Source: Lingula anatina (lineage: Eukaryota > Animalia > Brachiopoda). Taken from it: a stretch of 64,000 bases of DNA. The notes beneath the pieces are model-generated. The model was not told the origin of the DNA. It did not search any database and saw only the letters and a list, made by a program, of their open reading frames with translations. A program made the translations under genes and the position numbers. The stretch covers positions 16,406,651 through 16,470,650 of the forward strand of contig CM120647.1 of assembly GCA_051362555.1 (NCBI GenBank), read 5' to 3'. This document shows positions 1 to 13,014 of this stretch, piece by piece (position 1 is the first letter of the stretch; every line of letters begins with the position of its first letter).

Positions 1-778
1 CTTGCACCCTTGCTTCTCAAGACTGTTCATATGCTCGTACAGTACCCGGGGCAAGTCAGCAGTCGACATTTGAAAGAGTAAAGACTAATCAATACTAAAA
101 CCCGCCCAGGTGTGAACAGCTGTGGACCTCGTCGCACTGTGTATCGTCAATGGTGAAAGCAAACGTTATCTCAGTGCAAAAGAAATGAAAATTAAAAAGT
201 CTCTGAAGTCATTTAGCTAGGAACGTTCCGAGCAGGCCTATCAATGAAAGCCAACGAACTTGAATTGATTCAGTAGCTTTTCCGGTATAACAGCACGTCA
301 TACCACCTGTTCACCGTGTTCAGCAGAAAAAAGATATCTTCTCGGTGGAATTATTTGCAAAATATGTTTTATTCAAAATTTCCGTCGCTGCAATTGCTTA
401 TATGTAAAATGCACTAGTTATTACACATTTGAATGTTTTTTCCCTCTCTTCTTAGGGTCTCGCAAAAACTAAAACACGCCTGTTGTGAACCGCCTTTGAT
501 CCCATTGTACTCTTTAATATAATGGGTAGAGCCAAAATTAATCTTAGTATAAAACAAACTCCGAGCTCTGTACGTGTCGGATTCTCAAAAACACATGGCT
601 TCCTGTACATCATGAATTTTACAGTTCATGATAAACCATGGTCGGGGACTGGGGTTGCGTGGGATGAAATGCGGCACCTGGATTATCGATTGGGATAGCA
701 GATACACACATGTTCATCCAACCTGGCCCTCTCCGTGGCAAGGTTGAAAGTTTCCATCCGATCATTACTGATCAACGA

Positions 779-873
779 AGCTTCCGTGGCTCCGTGGTAA
801 CTTTGCTGTCTTGCAAACAGTCAGTCACTGGTACGCTGGTTCGAGACCTAGCAAGTATAGTATCATACTTTTT
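779..873 (+). ncRNA. tRNA-like/SINE-head cassette A in the tandem unit (second copy ~2206-2302)
   Basis: A-box-like GTGGCTCCGTGG, stem GCTGT/ACAGT around a 7-nt loop CTTGCAA, small variable hairpin CAGTCACTG, B-box-like GGTTCGAGACC, then a T-run. Acceptor and D stems are poor. Confidence 0.35.
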
Positions 874-944
874 TCCAGAATTAAATTTTAAAAATTCCGT
901 GTGGATACTATAAGAGAAAACTGGTAAATACGGAGGTTGGGCGG

Positions 945-1049
945 GTCTGTCACGGCGCAGTCGGTAGCGTGCTTGGATGCAAATCAGGTACCCAAAGCGC
1001 CATCAACCATGGCAACGCAAAGTCATGAGTTCGAATCCCGGATGAGGCA
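945..1049 (+). ncRNA. tRNA-like/SINE-head cassette B in the tandem unit (second copy ~2373-2477)
   Basis: D-arm GCGC-AGTCGGTA-GCGT, stem CTTGG/TCAGG with loop ATGCAAA, ~35-nt extra arm containing hairpin GCCAT/ATGGC, B-box GAGTTCGAATCC. Confidence 0.45.
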
Positions 1050-3946
1050 CGTCACTCCACCACGACAACGACCGAGCCCCTGAATCGGGACCTGGATCTA
1101 GCAAATTACCTTTTGCATAAAAATACGGTTTACTTTAGAAATTTAACATTAAATGATCGATTTAAAACGATCGTATTGCTGGTCATTAGAATAAAGTCTG
1201 AGTCGTCAATAATATTCCCTTTCTCTTCAGTTAAAAGTTCTTAGATTTGTGCTACAGCTCTTGTACTTAAATTGAGCTATAGCTAACGCTGTATGTTCTG
1301 CATTTTATCAAAATGTGCTATCTTCTCGGTGGGATTATCAGAGATAAAATTTTTTATTTTTTTACAAAAGCCTCTATTGCTTTTACCGAGCACACATTTT
1401 GTCTTTTCATGCCCCTCCTTTCCTTTCTTGCACCCTTGCTTCTCAAGACTGTTCATATGCTCGTACAGTACCCGGGGCAAGTTAGCAGTCGACATTTGAA
1501 AGAGTGAAGACTAATCAATACTAAAAACCGCCCAGGTGTGAACAGCTGTGGACCTCGTCGCACTGTGTATCGTCAATGGTGAAAGCAAACGTTATCTCAG
1601 TGCAAAAGAAATGAAAATTAAAAAGTCTCTGAAGTCATTTAGCTAGGAACGTTCCGAGCAGGCCTATCAATGAAAGCCAACGAACTTGAATTGATTCAGT
1701 AGCTTTTCCGGTATAACAGCACGTCACACCACCTGTTCACCGTGTTCAGCAGAAAAAAAGATATCTTCTCGGTGGAATTATTTGCAAAATATGTTTTATT
1801 CAAAATTTCCGTCGCTGCAATTGCTTATATGTAAAATGCACTAGTTATTACACATTTGAATGTTTTTTCCCTCTCTTCTTAGGGTCTCGCAAAAACTAAA
1901 ACACGCCTGTTGTGAACCGCCTTTGATCCCATTGTACTCTTTAATATAATGGGTAGAGCCAAAATTAATCTTAGTATAAAACAAACTCCGAGCTCTGTAC
2001 GTGTCGGATTCTCAAAAACACATGGCTTCCTGTACATCATGAATTTTACAGTTCATGATAAACCATGGTCGGGGACTGGGGTTGCGTGGGATGAAATGCA
2101 GCACCTGGATTATCGATTGGGATAGCAGATACACACATGTTCATCCAACCTGGCCCTCTCCGTGGCAAGGTTGAAAGTTTCCATCCGATCATTACTTATC
2201 AACGAAGCTTCCGTGGCTCCGTTGTAACTTTGCTGTCTCGCAAACAGTCAGTCACTGGTACGCTGGTTCGAGACCTAGCAAGTATAGTATCATACTTTTT
2301 TTCCAGAATTAAATTTTAAAAATTCCGTTTGGATACTATAAGAGGAAACTGGTAAGTATGGAGGTTGGGCGGGTCTGTCACGGCGCAGTCGGTAGCGTGC
2401 TTGGATGCAAATCAGGTACCCAAAGCGCCATCAACCATGGCAACGCAAAGTCACGAGTTCGAATCCCGGATGAGGCACGTCACTCCACCACGACAACGAC
2501 CGAGCCCCTGAATCGGGACCTGGATGTCACGAGAACCAATCAGGGCTCTCGTGGGTCTTAGCAAATTACCTTTTGCAAAAAAATACGGTTTACTTTAAAA
2601 AGTTTACATTAAATGATCGATTTAAAACTATCATATTGCTGGTCATTAGAATAAAGTCTGCGTCGTCAATAATATTTCCTTTCTCTTCAGTTAAAAGTTC
2701 TTAGATTTGTGCTACAGCTCTTGTACTTAAATTGAGTTATAGCTAACGCTGTATGTTCTGCATTTCATCAAAATGTGCTATTTTCTCGGTGGGATTATCA
2801 GAGATAAAATTTTTATTTTTTTACAAAAGCCTCTATTGCTTTTACCAAGCACACATTTTGTCTTTTCATGCCCCTCCTTTCCTTTTTTTGCACCCTTGCT
2901 TCTCAAGACTGTTCATATGCTCGTACAGTACCCGGGGCAAGTCAGCAGTCGACATTTGAAAGAGTGAAGACTAATCAATACTAAAAACCGCCCAGGTGTG
3001 AACAGCTGTGGACCTCGTCGCACTGTGTATCGTCAATGGTGAAAGCAAACGTTATCTCAGTGCAAAAGAAATGAAAATTAAAAAGTATCTGATGTCATTT
3101 AGCTAGGAACGTTCCGAGCAGGCCTATCAATGAAAGCCAACGAACTTGAATTGATTCAGTAGCTTTTCCGGTATAACAGCACGTCATACCATCTGTTTAC
3201 CGTGTTCAGCAGAAAAAAAGATATCTTCTCGGCGGAATTATTTGCAGAATATGTTTTATTCAAAATTTCCGTCGCTGCAATTGCTTATATGGAAATTGCA
3301 CCAGTTATTACACATTTGAATGTTTTTTTCCTCTCTTCTTATTATTTAACAAATGAAGGCTAAAAGGCAAATCCAAGAAATTCGTTAATTTATTAGAGTC
3401 GAAGCATAAATATTGCATATTCTTCAGAAAAGGTGCCATTGTATATATACTTACTAACACAAATTTGGCGGAAAAGTTGTCGTATTTGTCTATTTCAGGT
3501 TAACCAGATATTCTGTAAATATTGTATATTCTTCGGAAAAGGTGCCATTTTATACTTACTAATACAAATTTAGAGGAGAAATTATCTTTTTCTTCCGATG
3601 AACCAGACATTCAATAACAAAAGAAATCATCCAAGGTAGCTCAATGTTTTGCAACGCGAATTCAAACGAGATTTTGCGGGATTTGGAGGAGAGCGGGGCC
3701 AGAAATTATGGCAGACTAGCGAGTGCAGTGCGGCAATGAATAAAAGTAGGCAGAATGTATTTAATTACATAATTGTTTTTTCCTTAACTTCTGTAGAATT
3801 ACAATCTATTGTACAATATTTTGTGTATTTTTAGCTACACACTGAGTTTCAATGTTCCTGGAGCCTCACTCCTTCCTTTGTCCAGTAAGCTCTAGAACTC
3901 AAAGCAGCTCTATTCGTCCATTGAATCCAGCCACAGTGACCGCATT

Positions 3947-5353
<1,407 letters not shown>

Positions 5354-5484
5354 CGTGACTGTCTCAACAAAATCGTCTGCTGAACTGCAGCCGCCGTTTT
5401 AGAGAGATTAAATTTAATAGATTTGAGAGACAGTTTTTGGAAGCGCCTCTGTCGCGATTTGACTCCACAGATATGTCTTATTAT

Positions 5485-5670
5485 TGAAATACCGGCGTTT
5501 GAAATGAAACATTAGCAATCTTTGGTCAGTTATTAACTTTGTGTTTGCTTAAATCTAATTATTTACAAATTGTTACTGAATTTGCATTGAAATACCTGTG
5601 TTCGAAATGAAATATTAATATTCTTTGGTCAGTTATTAGCCTGCTGTTTGATTTAAGTCTTATGATGTAC
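5485..5670. repeat. Degenerate ~100 bp direct duplication upstream of the CTHRC1-like gene
   Basis: TTGAAATACC..GAAATGAAA..TCTTTGGTCAGTTATTA occurs at ~5485 and ~5587. Confidence 0.7.
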
Positions 5671-6204
5671 AATTTGTTAGGAAATTTGAGAGACATCGTA
5701 GACAAATCTTTGTGTTACTTGGGTTTAAATATTTGTGGGCAAACACAGATAACGTATTTTCTTGTTGTAAGTTTAACTAGATTAAAAGTTTGACATTTTG
5801 ACACAAGAGAGAGGGCAATTGTCGATTATCTTCCACACTGAGGACACGAGTATGAAACAGCTGGATAACAGTTACTTTAAGAAAGTCAAAACATTCTGAA
5901 AATAATGAGTTTCTTACATTTCTTTCTTCCTGCTGGAGTTAGTTTTACCCAGGAACTCATACGGAAGATTTGATCAGTATGTGAAGATAATTATAAAGTT
6001 AAATTTTCTTGTTTAAATTTTTAAGAAAGCTATAGTATGAGCGTTTCTATTTATAGATAGAATGGAGCACAGAAGTTTCTTCCAGGAATATGTAAAATAT
6101 TGCGCAAACGTTTGGGCGGTTTAATCAACAGTGGCTACAGCTGTCAACATGGTCTTCTGCTTCGTTTTTTGGGGTTATCACAGAAGAAGCTGGGAAAAGT
6201 GTAC

Positions 6205-6546
6205 GTTTTCAGGACCTAGATCTCATTGCGTTGGACGGTGCGTTCGAGGAGAAGCATTGACAGCTCCGATTCTACGCGGTTCAGCCTGCTTGTCGCTTTA
6301 TCCAGGTCGGTCTGTAGACTTAAACACCCTTCTTGGCATTGTGCTGAAGTTTTTGACTCAGCGATTAAGGTCGGTAAGCTGGACCGTATTGGTCAAAAAT
6401 CCATCGAGGACAGCTTGTCTTGTTTGGGCATCGGCACAGCAGTTTGTGGAAATAATGGAGGAAAGGCCCGTTTCTTCTGAGCGGCAATTTCCCGCGATTA
6501 AAGTTGCACAAACTAAAATGAATTTGATGTCAACGAAGAACTCCAT
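6205..6546 (-). pseudogene. Disabled duplicate of CTHRC1-like exon 1
   Basis: Close paralog of 5353-5000, with a 17-nt frameshifting deletion near 6361 and a CAG>TAG change near 6217-6219. No downstream exons were seen. Upstream flanks are also similar (5400-5560 vs 6590-6750). Confidence 0.8.
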
Positions 6547-9428
6547 CGTGACTGTCGCTCCTAAGTTGTCTGCTGAAGTGTGACTTTTCGTTTTAGAGAG
6601 AGTTGATTAAATAGATTGAGGGCAGATTGTACTATCCTCCATCGCGATTTGACTCCGCAAAAATGTCTTAATAATGAAATATCAGCGTTTAAAGCGATAT
6701 ATTAATTTTCTTTGTTAAAATCAACTCGCTCGTTTGATTAAACCTTATTTAATTTGAGAGACACCAAAATCAAAATTCTGTGCACGTTGGTTTTCAATAA
6801 GCCTATATGCAAACAGTTCCGGCACATTTTATTACCCTCCACCAGATCCGCAGTTATTATTATTTTGACATTTTCTCTGAGACATCACAGTACGGAGAAT
6901 GACCGTCAATTTACCTGTAAATATCTAGTGAAAATTCAATCACAAAATTCAATATTCTAAGTCAATTAAGAAGAAACTGTCACAAGTAGCAATATCGTTT
7001 TGGAACGAACGGAAGTTATCTTTCAAATTAACCGGATACTTCAGTATGCAAACGGCAACTGTTTGGAAAGTCAAAACAAGCTTTGTGAAGAAGTGTTTGT
7101 CGAACACAGATGTCCCCCAAGAGAGAAAATAATTCTTTGTTTATTGGTCGGACAAGAAATTCCTTAATGTTCTTGACCTTTGACCTTCAAATCAATAAGA
7201 GACATCGGCGTGTAATGATGAAACCCGTACATAAATTGAGGACCGTAGACCAAATAGTTGTCCAATTAATGGCTTGTCAAGGTCAATGTGAAAAAAAATC
7301 CTCCCCCGGAAACCCCCTTAGTCGTATATAATTTCTTAAAGACCGTCGTAATTTCCTGATTATAGGTTTTTCAATTCGAAGAAGTAGCAAGTTCCTTACA
7401 CCCCCGCCCCCGATTCGGTGCATGGCGTTAATGTTCCAGTAACCCCATCTCTAGCCTACTTATAGCTCTCTTCTCCAAACCGATTCAGTGACTTAGAAAA
7501 ATGCTTGGTTGCAAAATGGGTTTGCCTGCAAACTACAGCTCTACACACGCATAACATAACATAACATAACAACGCTAAAGACGTTTTAAATTTCAAAATA
7601 TTATAGCATACATAAATTTCTGATACATGTGCAATATTAAAATTGTTTACATAATGTTTTGATTTAATATACATGTATGCATAAAACTATATAGTTAGAT
7701 ACGTTTTCAATAATAATAATGACACATTTAACATCATATGGCCCACATCCAATCACCAGTTACCACACAAGGAGGAAAAAAAAACTGGACGAATTAGCCA
7801 ATCACATTGGTCGTATTATTTACAAAGAGAACAGCACACGTACAAACTTCTGCCGTTCCTGCCAAACCATCGTTTTAATATGCTACATCAAAATACAAAG
7901 GTGGGTATACATTATCATAAATAAGTCGCGAGACTTTGCCCAGTCTCGCGAGACTTTTGGCTATCTCAGACAATTTCCATTGGATACTGTACAAAATTGG
8001 ATTCATCAGAAAGAAATCTGAAGAAAAATATTATCTTCAATAATACAAGAAATTGACAATAATCTATCAGTTATTACTCGTGCTTGAAATGAAATGACAA
8101 GGAAGAGCTCAATAAAATGAAGAAAAATAAAGAAATAATTATATAAATTATAATAGTTTTTGTTTTTCAGCTTCAGTTGAAGCAAACTAGCACACTGAAG
8201 TGTAATGTGGACAGCAATTATATTCATCTCCATAGTATTCTCCATATAAAACTCAAGTTTTTCTACGAGAATATTGTTTCTTATCTATGATGGATCTCTT
8301 CATTTTTATTCCATTTTTTTCCATGCACATTTACATACCACCTCTACTAGTCTAGAATAATACTCAAACAATTACATAACTTGATCTTATAATATTCTTT
8401 CATTAAAAATCTTTCTTTAATTAAATTCATTTCAGTCTTACTTGTAACTATATCATCGTACAGTTTTCTCTGTATGTTTTCAAACTATCACACGACGTCA
8501 GAGAACTCCAGCACATGTATAGCTGGTGAGATTTTTCGAACATAACTCTTTTCCACATTAAAGATCTCAATCCTTCCCTTTTATAATTACAGGACTTTTT
8601 CAATGGGCAAAAATTATCAAACTTTCAGATACACAATTTTATAACTGCAAAAATCATATTTCTACATAGAACTTGTGCCACTTTTACTACACAGTATAGA
8701 ATTATAGAGTGGACACGGAGTTTTTTTATATATCGCAGACACAGAATTTCTCTCTCTTATGGCATGAATCATCTACTCTACCACCTACAGGATCCAACTT
8801 GACCTGTGTTTTCTGGCTTATTTTTGTGGAGTCCTTAAAACTTGGAAAACTTTTCCCAGTCATTTTCATGCTTTATTTGGATTTCTCTGATATAAATAAT
8901 TCACTCTACTACAGTGAATCATCTCTCCTCTACCTGTGTAGATCTCTGCCATAGACAGTTCTCTCTGGATGCATTTTTTCTTTATCTGCAAGATCTCTTT
9001 CATACACGTTTTCACTTATCACAAAATGTTTGTTGTACAACTGTAAGATCTCGCTCATACACCAAATTTATCAGATTTCAGTGATGCACCTCTTCTTTAT
9101 CTGCAATATGTTTCATATGCAATTCCATATACTGCAGTAAAAAGTATTTCTCCTACATCAGCAAGGTTTCTGTCTTACTCATTCTCTCTCTCTCAGGCAA
9201 TTCCATGTATCACAGGATATGTCTGTTTAACATGGTAATATTTCTTTTACATATAATCTGATTTCTTTCTGTAAACAGACTCTTCTATCTCCGCGAGATC
9301 TTTTTCATGAACAATTCCATTATCTTCCTGTCAAATTCTTTCATTTAACTCTTCGATATCCAGAAACTCTCATTCATTCAACTAAGTCGGTGGCATTTAT
9401 TTTGCCATCCATATTTTTCCTGTATATC

Positions 9429-12400
9429 TCAGTGGGGTCTTTCTGATATTCCATTACTTTGCATCGAGTCTTGTAACATGGCCGTGGAGTTCATGGCGGC
9501 AGCGCCGTGCTGTTGTGTTGTGGCTTTGGTTCGTACTTCAAACACCTCCTGAATGGCTTGGCGAAAACAATGGAAGTTGTAGTCTATTATACCTGTAATG
9601 TTAAGGAAAAGAATGTATAATAAAAATAATGGAGAGATTTTATGGAAAATATCTATTTTAGGCACGGAAAGGAGATTAAGCTGGTGTGGGATAAAATTAT
9701 TGTGTGAAATTTGAAATATCGTCAAAACACTAATTAACTAAGTTGAATTTTCCAAAAATCTTTTTAAACACAATGCTGCTGCTGTAGTCTATGATATTTG
9801 AAATGTCAACAAAAAGAGGTCTCATGCAGCTTTTCTTCAAATATATATATATGGTGAAATACCCCTACTCACCCTGTTTCTCAAAGATGCTCCCTACTCA
9901 CCCTGTTTCCCAAAATTGCCCCCCATACTCACCCTGTTTCTCAAAGCGTTCCTCCCTAACCCCCCATCCACCCTATTTCTCAAAGATGCCCCCCTCTTCA
10001 CCCTGTTTCTCAAAGCCATCTTCTATAACCCCCCCCATACTCACCCTGTTTCTCAAAGCTGTCTTCTCTAACCCCCCCCCCCAATACTCACCCTGTTTCT
10101 CAAAGATGCCTCCCTACTCACCCTGTTTCCCAAAATTGCCCCCCCCCCCATACTCACCCTGTTTTTCAAAGCTGTCCTCTCTAACCCCCCCCCCCCCCCC
10201 AATACTCACCCTGTTTCTCAAAGCTGTCTTCTCTAACCCCTCCCCCCCCAATACTCACCCTGTTTTTCAAAGCTATCCTCTCTCAGTATACAAACCAGTG
10301 CCAGGTATTTGTTCACCTCTCTCAGGTACAACACCGTGGCATTGTTCAACTTAATAAGGGAGGAAGACTCCTTGTCAAATGGGTTGGCCTCGGGATCCTC
10401 ACCCATGCTGGAATTATCATTACTAACATTAAAACTATTATCACTTTGTCTAAGATTTTAAGTCTTAAAATTACAAATCACACACTGGTGAATCTAGTGG
10501 ATTGAGAAGAAGAAGGAGTGGGGCATATTTTCTGGTCTTTTATCCAAAGCAAAATTCATAATGCTACTTCAGAGTTCTCTTGATAGAGTGAATTAGGAGC
10601 ACCTCATAACAAAAATTGGTCCTGGTGTTAGATCAAAACTTTATATATACATAAATTGTCCATTACAATTTGAGTGTGTGTGTGTGTGTGTGCACGTGCG
10701 CACGCATGCATGCATTTGTGCATGCTTGCAGAAATGGGTGTTTCCGTGCAGAGGTTTGCAGATGATGAATTTTTTTTGCAACCCCTATGACATTCACATC
10801 CAAAGTTTTCTTACCCATATATACATGAAATGTCAATGACTACGTCTAACATGTCACAACACAACTCGTAACTCTGCATGTCCACTGGAGAACTGTCCGT
10901 GGCAATGTAGATCTTGCTTACGACATCAAACAGGAAAGCTTTCTCAATACCAGAGTTCTGGAAGTATGAAAAATTTTCATTTTTTTATTTTTATGAAAAT
11001 GCCATAATATAAAAAGTCATGTACCAAAACCATTGAGTTGACTCAGATGCAAAAGTGTTTAAAGTGAGAAAAAATTAGATGTGTCAGTATGTTTGGTTTT
11101 ATAGTGAGTTTAGTGCAATGGTTGATTAAATGCAAAAGTGCGTTAGATGTTACATAGTGTTGGGCTTGACAGTGTGTTAGGTGTGACAGTGTGTTAGATG
11201 TGACATTGTGTCAGGTGTGACAGTGTGTTAGGTGTGACATTGTGTTGGCTGTTACAGTGTTAGTTGCGTCATTGAACCTGTCCAGATAAGTCACAATTTG
11301 AAATTGCACAAAAGAACTATTTGACATATCTGGAAGACAATTTAATAATCTATGTATTGGACATTAACATGATGGTTAAATGTGGCCGAGTTACAATAAA
11401 ATACTCACAGAAATGAGAATGTTGAGCAAGTTCTCCAGTATCGGCAACTGTGGGATAAGTTTCTGCACCACTTTACTGAATGCCTCAAATATGGAGTGGT
11501 CGTATATACTTGTCAAGTAAAAACTGGAATATAAAAAAAATTTATTTAAGCCACAGAATAAAAAAATCTATTAACATACATGCATTGGATGTAACAAATG
11601 CACTACATAACCACATGTTCAAAAAGCTGAAATGTACTGTAAAAGATCTTAACGTGAATATTTTTCGTTTAAAGAAAAAATTTCGAAAGGAGATTAACTT
11701 ACATTATGCAGTGCCTTACAAATATAAATATAACAAAAAATTTAATGAAATTCTAAATTCGATTAATTTAAGATAAGGATATTGACAGTATGAAATCTCA
11801 AGCTAATTTAAATTCATGAAAAACAAAATCGCAACTCTACCTTAAATGTAAATTTTCCAGCCCCGCATCAGCCAGATCATCGTTCGCCCGTTGATGAATA
11901 TCTCTCTGTGTCTCTATCTTGTGATCATCAGATAACCCATCTACTTTGTGAATGAACACCTCAAACTTGATATCTGGGTTTACTTTGTAGGCTCTGGTCA
12001 CTGTCATGTGGAGCTTAGCCAGTGCCTCCATGTAGTCATCCTGCAGTAGATGAAACCAGGGCAGCAGTTAATGAAACATTGCAATTGATTGGTTTATGTT
12101 CATTTCAGATACAAATACTTTTACACCTTACAAGAAATCTCTCTTTTATAGTAGAGTAAATAAAACATTGTACTGTTTTTTTTTTTACTTTTTCTGAGGT
12201 GAACTTTTTATTTGTCTCCAAAAAATCTTTTTATGTTTCTTTTTTTTTTTTTAATTTTTTTTTTGTATTAAAACAAACACAAACTGCCAACAGGATTTAG
12301 TTATGCCTTAATAATCTCTGCTTGTTAGCAAATAGACGACTATAATAAACAAGCTGAAATGTCCATCTTTAACATTTGCAATTTCTTTCTCTCTGTAAAG

Positions 12401-12967
12401 CAAGGCTAATGTCCTTAATAGAGTGAGCCACTAAATCAGCATGGGTCAAATTAGGTCAACATCTAGTCTTAAGTTCCAACCAACTTGTGCCTTAACTTTC
12501 TTAGTAAAACCAGCAACATATCTGCACACTCTCCCAGCCATCTATTCATCAATTATTTGCATGGTGTCCCAATTACCTGAGCATCAATTACGAAGATCAG
12601 AGCTCCCGTCCCTCCAAAGATCATCTCGGAGTCGAATGTGGGATCAAAAAAATCAATCTGTCCAGGAAAGTCCCAGATTTGGAATTGCACAAAGGAACTA
12701 TTTGATATATCTGGAAAACAATTAGAATTTATCAGGATATACCTTAGCAGAATACCACAGTCTTCAGGATCATTAGAACTAGTAATTAACTCAGTTAGGG
12801 AAAGTAACAGTGAGAGTTATATTTGTGTCGTGTTGCTTTTCTGTCTGTATATATATATTGATTTTCTAGGTACAATAATAAAAACTAACAATGTGTAAAT
12901 TTTAAGCTGTTTCATGTACTTCAATGAAATGGAGAGAGACATGTGAAGTACTGATGAAGGCATCATA

Positions 12968-13014
<47 letters not shown>

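Larger units (their letters stand above)
1..3341. repeat. Tandem array of ~1.43-1.46 kb units (at least 2.3 copies; runs off the left edge)
   Basis: The sequence at position 1 recurs at 1427 and 2887 with few differences. Units are about 455-1881 and 1882-3341. The second full unit carries a ~33 bp segment at ~2527-2559 that the first lacks. Confidence 0.95.

Noticed and set aside
290-325. 5S rRNA-like CATACCAC in the tandem unit
   Set aside because: Only about 8 nt match; the rest of 5S is absent.
710-2967. Short ORFs repeated in the tandem array
   Set aside because: Frames are not preserved between units and no domain is recognisable.
9862-10275. CRISPR-like repeat-spacer appearance (also 45791-46031)
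   Set aside because: The context is eukaryotic introns, the spacers are homologous or low-complexity, and there are no cas genes.
9791-10354. 187-aa Pro-rich ORF with repeated YSPCFSK
   Set aside because: It is the antisense read-through of the donor-derived minisatellite and RagC/D exon 8.
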